Source of the DNA: Octopus sinensis
Lineage: Eukaryota
DNA: 40,598 nucleotides
Reading direction: 5' to 3'
Assembly: GCF_006345805.1 (NCBI RefSeq)
Contig: NW_021834217.1
Location: 1 to 40,598 of the forward strand
Under the pieces are notes generated by a model. That model did no database searches. It saw nothing but the letters and a program-made list of their open reading frames with translations, and had not been told where the DNA came from. Below are positions 12,257 to 22,800 of this stretch, in pieces. Every line of letters starts with the position of its first letter. Within the stretch, counting starts at the first letter, position 1. The translations under genes and the position numbers were made by a program.

Positions 12257-12415
12257 GGGGCATGGCTGTATGGTTAAGAAACTCACTTCACAACCTTGTG
12301 GTCTCAGGTTCAGTCCCACTTTGCAGCACCTTAAAGAATTAACTTCTTCTAATGTTCCAGGTTGACTTAAGCCTTGTGAATGGGTTTCGTACATGGAACT
12401 GATAAAGCCTATGGT
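12257..12415 (+). mobile_element. CORE-type tRNA-derived SINE (octopus OR-like)
   Basis: GGCATGGCTGTATGGTTAAGAA...GGTTCAGTCCCACT...AAGCCTTGTGAATGG; matches 34782-34942. Confidence 0.72.
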
Positions 12416-12463
12416 ATATACATGTGTGTGTATATTCATGTATGCATGTATATGTATGCATGT

Positions 12464-12494
<31 letters not shown>

Positions 12495-13421
12495 CATATG
12501 TCTGCACATGTCTCCTTGTCTTGACATCTGCTGCGAATTATAAACAAATTTCGCATCAAACAAACAGTCGTTTGTTTGCAGTGTTTCACCAGAAAACATA
12601 TCCAACCATTGTGCTGTTCATGTTGGAAGAACTTGGGGAAATATTGGTGAGCCTCATCGAGTGTAGTCATAGACTTGACTGAGTGGGACTCACAAGAACC
12701 TGGCAAGAAACAAAACAAAATTATTAGAAAGAAAATACAAAAAAGAAAATACATCATCTGATGTATTATAAAGGTTTTGACATCCATTTTCCCTAACTGG
12801 CATGGGGAGGACAGTTGACGAGGAAGCAGTGAACCAGAGGACATTGCTGAGCTCCAATGAAAGATTTGGCAAGATTTCTACAGCTGCATGATCTTCTTAA
12901 CACCAGATGCACACATACACGTGTGTGTATGTGTTTATACGTGCATAAGAGTATATGAATGAATAAACATGGGTTTACTTACGTTTGATTGCACATCTGA
13001 TTTTGTATGCTAGCATGGGTTAGGTGAATATATTATTGTAGCCTTGTTTTACAGACAGACAGCCTTCCTATTACTCACCCAAAACCATTTTGCAAGAACA
13101 AAAGTTCTTATTTCCCATGTCTTCCAAGGCGGGGGTGATTGGTTGACAGATGTTTCTGCTTGGAGCAACTTAAAAGAGATTGCAAACATAAACAAATGCA
13201 CAGACACCTACGTGCACACACACTCAGCTCGAGTTCACTGCTTCCTGTAGCAGAAACAGCTGGAAGCTAATGAAGGTGTCTACGTAACTCTTGTTCTTTT
13301 GTCATTCATTGATTCATATCTAAAAACATACATAGACACAAACATTTATACACGGGTATGTGAAGGTATATTCATATATTTACACATGTGCATTTATGTA
13401 TATGTGTATGTATGTATATAT

Positions 13422-14908
13422 CATCATCATCGTTTAACGTCCACTTTCCATGCTAGCATGGGTTGGACAATTTGACTGAAGGCTGGTGAACCAGATGGCT
13501 GCACCAGGCTTCAATCTTGATCTGGTAGAGTTTCTACAGCTGGATGCTTTTCCTAACGCCAACCCTTCCGAGAGTATAGTGGGTGCTTTTACATGCCACT
13601 GGCACGGGGCCAGTCACGCGATACTGGTAATGACCTTGCTCAAATCTTTTACACATGCCACCGGCACAGGTGCCAGTAAGGCAATGCTGGTAACTATCAA
13701 GCTCGAATGGCGACTTTTATGTGCCAACAGCACGGACGCCAGATAGCCGGTTGGCAACGGTCACGCTAGGATGGTGCTCTTAATACCCTACTAGTACAGG
13801 GCTCGAGTGCCAGTAAGGCGACGCTGGGAACGATCACAATCGAATGGTGCCTTTTAAGTGCCACTGGGACGGAAGTCAGTTAGCCGCTACGGACACTAGT
13901 CATCGAATTGGATTTTGATTTCACTTGCATCAACAGGTCTTCACAAGCAGAGTTTAAGTCGTCCAAAGAAGGAAAAGGTACGCATAAGTGGGCTGGTTAC
14001 GCCCCTGGCATAGGCCATGAGGTTATGGACACATTTGGTTTGCCGGGTCTTCTCACGCATGGCATATTTCCAAAAGTCGATGTCACTAGTCATTTCCTTG
14101 GTGAGGCCTAAAGTTTAAAGGTCGTGCTTCACCACTTCATCCCAGGTTTTCCTAGGTCTACCTCTTCCACTGGTTCCCACAACCACTATGGTGTGGCACT
14201 TTTTCACACAGCTATCCTCATCTATTCTTGTCACATGACCATACCAGCACAGTTGTCTCTCTTGCACACCACATCTGATGCTTCTTAGGTTCAACTTTTC
14301 TCTCAAGGTACTTACACTCTGTTGAGAACGCACACTGACATTACACATCCATTGGATCATACTGGCTTCATTCCTTGCGAGCTTACACCTGTCCTCAGCA
14401 GTCACATCCCATGTTTCACTGCCATGTAGCATGGCTGTTCGTACACATGCGTCATACAGTCAACTTTTTACTTTGAGTGAGAGGCCCTTTGTCACCAGCA
14501 GAAGTAAGAGCTCTCTGAACTTTGTCCAAGCTATTCTTATTCTAGCAGTTACATTTTCAGCGCACCCTCCCCCACTACAGACTTGGTCACCTAGATAATG
14601 GAAGCTATCAACTACTTCAAGTTTTTCTTCCTGGAATGTGGCGGAAGTTGTTCTCTGCGCATTTTCAGTGTTTATTGCACCCGAGCATCTACCACACACA
14701 AAAGCTATCTTCCCAGTTAGCCTTCCTTTGATATTACTGCACCTCTTATGTGTCCATAGCTTACACTGGGTACATCTTATAGAATTTTTACCTATGCCTC
14801 TACTACAGATCGAGCAGGGCCATCTACCTGAAGGGATTTGTGGTTTGCTTGCCTTCCCACTTATTAGGACTGTGGTTTTAGCTAGGTTGACTCTAAGGCC
14901 CTTTGATT
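13422..14908 (-). mobile_element. 5'-truncated RTE LINE with PHD-like finger, RT C-terminus and 3'UTR
   Basis: Minus ORFs 14460-14699 (CGRCSGAINTEN...KFRELL) and 14115-14432 (MLHGSETW...RWYGHV-like...GRGRPRKTW). (CAT)n tail at 13422. Confidence 0.93.
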
Positions 14909-14922
14909 ATATATATATATAT

Positions 14923-17843
14923 AGATTTAGAGACATGTTACTTGAAGCCTTCGACGAAATAGAAGGGGGCATAGCTACACATGGGGTAGAAGATAACTGG
15001 GCGCTTCTAAGGGACAACCTACTGAAAGCCACTGACCAGATCTGTGGCTGGTGCAAAGTCCCCACAAGACCCAAAATAACGTGGTGGTGGAACAATACTG
15101 TTGACAGGGCTATTAGACAAAAGAAACAGGCTTGGAAGGACTGGAAGAACGGTGGTAGCAGGGAAGTGTATCAGACTGCAAGAAAGGAAGCTAGGAGGCA
15201 GGTTTATTTAGCCAGAGGGGAAGCAGATAGGAAAAAATTTGCCAATGTCCTGCGCCGTGAGGATGAAAGACTTGAGGTATTTCGTATAGCAAGACAGTGT
15301 GTGAGTGAGAATCGTGACGTGGTAGGAGAAAAATGTGTTCGCACGGATGACGGCTCACTTGCGCTAAATGAGGATGCAAAGAGAGAGGTTTGGAGAAGCC
15401 ACTATGAAAGGTTGCTGAATGAGGAAAATGAATGGGATAAAGAGAGTCTGCCGAATGTTGACCCAACAGAGGGACCAGCAATCCGAGTTGACAGTTCCTT
15501 AGTAGTTAAGGCAATTAAAAGCATGAAAACAGGGAAAGCCCCAGGCCCATCAGGAATTACTGCAGAGATGCTCAAAATATCCTGTAGTGTCGGCTATAGC
15601 CTAGTCACCCGTATAGTTAACTAGGTGATACACGAAGGAGTCATTCCCAATGACTGGTGTAGCAGCATAATAGTCAGCTGCTACAAAGGTAAAGGTGACG
15701 CCCTAGATACAAATAACTACAGGGGTATCAAGCTGCTGGATCAGGTAATGAAGGTTACGGAGAGGGTTATAGCCCAACTAATTAGAGAGAGAGTTAGCCT
15801 AGATCAGATGCAGTTTGGGTTCGTGCCAGGGAAAAGTACTACTGATGCTATTTTCATGGTAAGACAGCTGCAGGAGAAATACCTAGCCAAAGACAAGCCC
15901 CTGTACCTGGCTTTTGTTGACATGGTGGTCAATGAGGAAACTAGGGATAGATGAATCGTTAGTGAAAGCTGTTCAAGCCATGTACAGAGACGCTGCTAGT
16001 AAGGTGAGGGTTGGCATCGAGTACAGTGAAGAATTCAGGATAGAGGTTGGGGTCCACCAAGGTTCAGTCCTCAGTCCCCTCCTATTTATCATAGTCCTCC
16101 AGGCAATAACAGAGGAATTCAAAACAGGATGCCCCTGGGAGCTCCTCTATGCTGATGACCTTGCTCTAATTGCTGAGTCTCTATCAGAACTAGAGGAGAG
16201 GTTTCAGGTATGGAAGCAAAGTTTAGAATCGAAGGGCCTTAGAATCAACCTAGCCAAAACCAAAGTCCTAATAAGTAGGAAGGTAGACCAATCACAAACG
16301 CCTTCAGGTAGATGGCCCTGCTCGATCTGTAGAAAAGGTGTAGGTAGAAACTCTATAAGATCCACCAAGTGTAAGCTATGGACACATAAGAGGTGCAGCA
16401 ATGTCAAAGGAAGGCTAACTAGGAAGATGGTTTTTGTATGTGGCAGATGCTCAGGAACAATAAACACTGAAAATGCTCTGAGACCAACTTCCGTCACTTT
16501 CCAGGGAGAAAAACTAGAAGTAGTTGATAGTTTCCGTTACCTAGGTGACCAAGTCAGTAGCGGGGGCGGATGTGCTGAAAGTATAACTGCTAGAGTAAGA
16601 ATAGCCTGGGCAAAGTTTAGAGAGCTCTTACCCCTGCTGGTGACAAAAGGCCTCTCGCACAGAGTGAAAGGCAGACTGTATGATGCGTGTGTACGTACAG
16701 CTATGCTACATGGTAGTGAAACATGGGCCGTGACTGCTGAGGACATGCGTAAGCTCGCGAGAAATGAAGCTAGTATGCTCCGATGGATGTGTAACGTCAG
16801 TGTTCATAATCGACAGAGTGTAAGTACCTTGAGAGAAAAGTTGGACCTAAGCAGCATCAGTTGTTGTGTGCAAGAGAGACGTTTGCGCTGGTATGGTCAT
16901 GTGATGAGAATGGCTGAAGATACTTGTGTGCGAAAGTGCCACACCCTGGCAGTTGAGGGGACCTGTGGAAGAGGTAGACCCAGGAAAACCTGGGTCGAGG
17001 TGGTGAAGCACGACCTTCGAACTTTAGGTCTCACCAAGGAAATGACTAGAGACCGAGACCTTTGGAAGTATGCTGTGCGTGAGAAACCCGGCAAGACCAG
17101 TGAGAACAGTCAAAATCAAAATCAAACCAAATTGAGGTCGATCAACATCAGGGCCCCCGTGCAGGTGACACGTAAAAGCACCATCCGTTCGTGGCCGTTT
17201 GCCAGCCCTGTCTGGCCCCCGTGTCGGTGGCACGTAAAAGCACCATCCGTTCGTGTTCGTTGCCAGCCTGGCCTGGCCCCCATGCCGGTGACACGTAAAA
17301 GCACCATCCGGTCGTGGCTGTTTGCCAGCTCTGTCTGGCCCCCGTGCAGGTGACACGTAAAAGCACCATCTGTTCATGGCCGTTTGCCAGCCCTGTCTGG
17401 CCCCCGTGTCGGTGGCATGTAAAAGCACCATCCGTTCGTGTTCGTTGCCAGCCTGGCCTGGCCCCCGTGCCGGTGACACGTAAAAGCACCATCCGTTCGT
17501 GGCTGTTTGTCAGCTCTGTCTGGCCCCCGTGCAGGTGACACGTAAAAGCACCATCCGTTCATGTCCGTTGCCAGCCTCGCCTGGCCCCGTGCCGGTGACA
17601 CGTAAAAGCACCATCCGTTCGTGGCCGTTTGCCAGCTCTGTCTGGCACCTGTGCGGGTGGCACATAAAAAGCACCCACTACACTCGCGGAGTGGTTGGCG
17701 TTAGGAAGGGCATCCAGCCGTAGAAACACTGCCAGATCTGACTGGGCCTGATGAAGCCTTCCAGCTTCACAGACCCCAGTTGAACCGTCCAACCCATGCT
17801 AGCATGGAGAACGGACGCTAAATGATGATGATGATGATGATGA
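14923..17843 (+). mobile_element. 5'-truncated RTE LINE (2.9 kb) with a disrupted reverse transcriptase ORF
   Basis: KAPGPSG, YKGKGD...NYRGIKLL, QFGFVPGKSTTDAIF, GVHQGSVLSPLLF, LLYADDL, YLG and WYGHV motifs. Premature TAG at 15622-15624, a deletion with frameshift near 15925, a 1-bp deletion near 17085, and a (TGA)n tail at 17823-17843. Confidence 0.96.
17155..17672 (+). repeat. About 61-bp minisatellite in the RTE 3'UTR with a 185-bp higher-order trimer
   Basis: AAAAGCACC recurs at about 17174, 17235, 17297, 17359, 17421, 17482, 17544, 17604 and 17667. Units 1-3 are re-copied as units 4-6. Confidence 0.92.
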
Positions 17844-18289
17844 TATATATATATAAATATTTAGCAGAAGTAACAAAGTGACCCAAGATCCAAAAGTTTC
17901 GTTTAATAGCATTTATCAAACTGGTTCTTTGGAGGTATAGTCCCAGACCTCCAAAAACCAGTTTGATGAGCGTCAACTCTCGGACCTTGAGTCCCTACTG
18001 TCATGCCCCTATCACCCCTACCTCTATCTTTCATCTCTCAACCACTCTCTCTTCTTCTTTTCACTCTACTATCTTACTGCTGTGACAAAGATTGGCAGTA
18101 AATCTCTTCTCTTCACCATTCTTCCAATGAAACTAGGGATGTTACTGGACCTACCTGGGTCTCTCCCTAACACCCAAACCACTCCTTTTCATATATTTAT
18201 TACCCTAGATCTCTCACACATCCCAAGGTATATGTGAAACCCAGAGATTGAGGGGAACCTTTAGTTTTGTCAAGGACATGGCGATTGTC

Positions 18290-18460
18290 TCTAGTGACGG
18301 TGCCATAAGATGCACCCAGTGCACATTGTGCAGTGGTTGGTGTCAGGAAGAGCATCCAGCTGTAGAAAGAAAACCAGAAAATGTAACTTCAGGCAAGATA
18401 TTCTTTGAACCATCCAACCCATTCTAGCATGGAAAATGGGGGTAAAATGATGATCATCAT
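18290..18460 (+). mobile_element. Old RTE 3'-terminal fragment
   Basis: GGAAGAGCATCCAGCTGTAGAAA...CCATCCAACCCATTCTAGCATGGAAAATGG...ATGATGAT resembles the RTE 3' end. Confidence 0.7.
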
Positions 18461-19753
18461 ACATACAGACGTATGGATGTATAAATATACATATGTGCAT
18501 CCTTGTGTATATATTATACACGTTCATTCTATCATATATACATATATATGTATGTATATCCTGAAGAAGGTCTCTTTTATTTTTCATTCCTCCTGGGGTC
18601 AATAGAGTAACAGTCATTATTTCATAGACCAAGGAGGCGGTGGAGGATCATTCTGATGATGATGGGTCACCAGAATGTCATTAAACACCCCCACCAATAT
18701 TTCCTAATCCACCTCATTAAACCCCCAATACTTCATAATAAACTACACCAAGTTATAACTCCTCACCTGACACAAAACAAAACACACTTCACCTGCCAAA
18801 CCCTTTTTCATACAAACACATCTTTCTCATTGCTACCCAAACATTGTCCCTGAAATTAAAGATAATTAAGATGAACCTACCGTTCATTAATTGGACTTAT
18901 TCATTAACCAATCTTTATTATCTCAATCAGCAACAAATAATAACGATCCTCTCAACATGCTGTCTATCAGTGTGATTATATGAAAGCCCATCTTTGGATA
19001 AGCTTTCCCAGTTTAATCAATGTTGTGTATGATAATTGTGTGGATTATATTGAAATGTCGAGAGATTTACAGCATTTGTCAGGTTAAGAACAGTTTCGTC
19101 TCCAGCTATCTCTTAATCCAGGTAAATATGATGGAAACCAAGCCAACCATGACTGTCACATCATTTCCAGTGCATATAATTATTAGTAATACTTATAATC
19201 CTGATTGGTAGGGACGTGGTATTTTGTTATAAACTACTGTAAATTATATTAAATCGTTTTATAAGACAATACCACATTCAACTGTGTTAGCAGTGTTTTT
19301 CACATTATTCTACAGATATTCCATAGAAATTATAGCCGGCTCTGATTTTTTGCTAAAATGTTTCGTATCGAGATGTCAGATGTAAACAAACAACAGATGT
19401 TTTTGTCTTTGATCTCATTCTTTCCATCTGACATTTCAATATGAAATGTTGTAGCAGGAAATCAGTCCTGGCTATAATTTCTATCGATAATATCTGTAGA
19501 AATAACCTCAACAAAATACTTCCGTCTTACTCCAAAACTTTTCACCATCGCTTATATTCAGTCAATAAAGATAATGGTGTATTTATATCTTCAAGTTTTA
19601 TTTCTAATGATTATTCCATTGGAAACAGTTTAAATGTTTAACTTCACTGTCAAATAAACAATTTGTTTAATATATTTAATGAAATGTGTGTTTTCCTTGA
19701 AATTCTTTGAATGAATCAAGTAAATATTATTTTATCAAAAGCTTTTCACAAAA

Positions 19754-19779
19754 CTAATAAAGTTTTCATTTTATTTCAG
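19754..19779 (+). promoter_or_regulatory. Candidate branch point and 3' splice acceptor upstream of the large ORF
   Basis: CTAAT (19754-19758), then TTTTCATTTTATTTCAG ending at 19779. In-frame stops lie between the acceptor and ATG 19897. Confidence 0.45.
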
Positions 19780-19896
19780 CTTTCATGTAAAAATTAGTGA
19801 ATTTTGAAGAGATAAATTGTATTCCAAAGGAAGAAAACAAAATCCACAGAAAAGAATATATTTAACAGAAAAAGATAATAATTCTATATTCATAAA

Positions 19897-22800
19897 ATGG
19901 AGAAGATTAATGAAGAAAACAAAATGTTGGCTCTCATTCCAGCCACAGTCTGTGATACAACACCAATTCATAAGGAAACTACACCAATTCTTACCCAAAT
20001 ATTACATACACAAAACACAAAGAAAACAGAAGAACAGGAAAGAAAAGACACAAAGAAATCTAAAGAACAGGAAAAGTCCATGTTACCAAGTTTTCTTCAT
20101 ATTGTGACATGTTACCGAACACTAATCAAAACAGACCACATCAATACGTTTATAGATTATGTAAAGGATGAATGTAATCACATGGACTCTCTGGGTTTAA
20201 ATGGATCTCGAATTTTACGTAATATCAAGCGTAAAATGCCAAGATTTCTGGAATTTGCAGAACAAAATAATGATTTTGTTCACCAAAACCTTGATTGGTT
20301 TCAACAAAGACTCTTTGACATTTATGTCACCTGTAACCCATACAACCACAAGACCATTGAACCACCAAAAGTAACCACAAAATTTCGTCCTCTTCGGCCA
20401 GTTGTGACCAGAGAAGTAGAGATTGAGGAATCTGGTGAAGACTTAAGCAACCCAATATCCAATATTGTTGTCATACAAGGGGGTATTGTAACATATTCCC
20501 GCCACTGTATGACAATATGTTGTATAACAAGAGACAGCAACAGAAATGAAGTTCATTGCTCATCTTCTGTCACTGATTTTACTAGAATCAGTGAAGACAG
20601 AGTCCTGGCCACCCTGCCCTTCCGAAAAATGATTCTTATTATCAACCCTTTAAGTTTTAAAATCAAAAGAATTCAGCTAGGATTAATCTTGGTTTCCTAT
20701 TTGGAACATTCTACGCTTATAGGTGTAGAAATGTTTGGTCGGACCATATACGTCATTGACTGGGAAGAGAATAGAATAAAATACGAATTCATAACCAAAG
20801 AAACACCTTCAGATATTGCTGTAGGAGCACAAAACAAACTCTTAGTATCCTTTTCCAATATTAACAGGGTTACCTGTTACAATGTGGATGGCCAGCAGTT
20901 ATTTGAGGTGGATACCAATTCCCTGGACATTCCAAGCCACATCTCTGTCTACCAAAACCATTTTTATGTCCTTCAGGGACATATTATTTATCGGATATCA
21001 GGTACAGGTGCTGTGACAACAAGAGAAATTGGCATGAAATGCCGCCATATTTCTGTTGGCAGAGAAAACATTTTTGTAACCGATTATTTTGATGTCCTTC
21101 ATATCATTGGAACAAATGAAGACTTTTGGCCCAGGCAGTCATATAACCCCCAGCTATGGACCCCGACATTGAACAACTATATTTATATTGAGGATTGCTG
21201 CAATGTTACTAATATTCTACCTATGTCTACATCTTCTATATTAATATTCTACAGGAATAATAAAGCTATATTATTCACTGAGACTGGAGAAATAATTAAC
21301 CAAAATAATTCAACTTTCCTTGAGATTCCTTCTTGCTTTTGTAGAATGAATTCTAAAGGATTTCTGTTGTTTTACCGTGAAAACAAAGAATTTCAGTGTA
21401 TCACATGCCCTGGGCTAATGAAAGGCCCTTTAATGAAAGTCCATACTGATTACATTAAACTATGTCATGTTGTATCAAATAAGTGTTTAGCTCTAACCAC
21501 AAGTGGAAACAAAAGTGAGGTCCATATTCTATTGATCCACAAAGATAAAGTTGACATTGCAGAAAGAATTTCTCTGGGACATCATAATGTCAGCATTGCT
21601 GCAACTCCAATTAATTTTGTAGTCGTAGATGGAAACGAAAATAAAATGGTATTTTATTCCACATGTGGTGAAGAACTTTTTCAAAAATACCTTCCATTCT
21701 ATGGCTACCCTCATCACATCTACTCTGATAATGTTTATTTCTATGTCCTCTTCAGGAGACACTCTATTCTCAGATGTTACGATCTATATGGACAAATGAA
21801 ATGGCAGTGGGAACTGCCTTTCCCTGTTCACCCTCACATTGCTGTTTTCCAAGGAACCCTTTATGTCCCGGACACTCAACTCAACAGGGTTCTTCTTTAC
21901 AAGTATCAAGACCGGTCGTCTGGCTGCCTTTTACCCATTAAAAATCCTTATATCAGAAATCTAAATCTACGACTCAAAGAAAAGGAGAATGACCAAAAAC
22001 TTGTAATTGGCGAAATATGTAATCTGTCCAATGGACAGTTGGTGGTGTCTGACATCAAGCATGATTGTTTATTGTACATTTCTGAGGAAGGAGACATTGT
22101 GTCCAGATTACCTCTGCCGTCTACAGCCACAGATATATGTCGATGGGATTCTAATCATATAGGGGTCACATTACCCCTACAGAAACAATTAAGGGTCATC
22201 GGAAACCTATCAAAGACAGTGAGAAGTGTATCATTAAGGCAGCCTTATGTACGGGTGTGTAAGATGGGTGAATGTGAAATTGTTTGTTATTGTGATAAAC
22301 CATCACATTTTGACATTTTAGCCATCAATTATTATAATCAAGTCGAAGTAATTAAGACAATTAATATCCCTGTGTTTGTGAAATCATTATCAATAGACAA
22401 GAAAACAGAAAAGCTATTAATTGTTACTAGGGGAAAAGCTTTTCAGTACAACACTAGAATAGGTGGTGGTGGTCATGGCAGTGATGGTAGTATTAGTAGT
22501 GGTGATGGTAGTATTAGTAGTGGTGATGGTAGTATTAGTAGTAGTGATGGTATGGTTTCCAGTGATTCAGAGTCCGAAATAGAAGCTTTCTTCAAGCACA
22601 TTAGTGGTGGTGGTCATGGCGGTCGTCAGATGGTCCCCAGTGTTTTAATGTCCCAAGTGAAACGTCCCCTCAGTCTCCAAGGTGGATCTATTGACCAAAC
22701 GTCTGTTTATCTGATAGACAGAAGCCGTATGTTTGCCATAAACGATCAGAATTTGTTGGTTAATGATCTCGTTACTAATAATCAACTTAATTATTATATC

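Noticed and set aside
12233-12844. 203-aa minus-strand ORF
   Set aside because: It is a composite of an old RTE 3' end, unique sequence, (CA)n and a SINE, with no recognisable protein motif.
14638-14922. N-terminal part of the 328-aa ORF 14638-15624
   Set aside because: It is the antisense of the neighbouring RTE copy plus the TA spacer. Real coding similarity starts at about 14927.
17104-17353. C-terminal extension of the 479-aa ORF
   Set aside because: A 1-bp deletion near 17085 bypasses the normal stop (about 17101) and reads into the 3'UTR repeats.
17155-17672. Regular array of about 61 bp resembling a CRISPR array
   Set aside because: The intervening segments are homologous to each other rather than unique spacers, the array lies in a LINE 3'UTR, and there are no cas genes in this eukaryotic context.
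18565-18625. CTGAAGA...AGAGTAACAG resembling the 40032 hammerhead
   Set aside because: The GAAA core is absent (GGGG instead) and there is no stem I. At best it is a dead relic.
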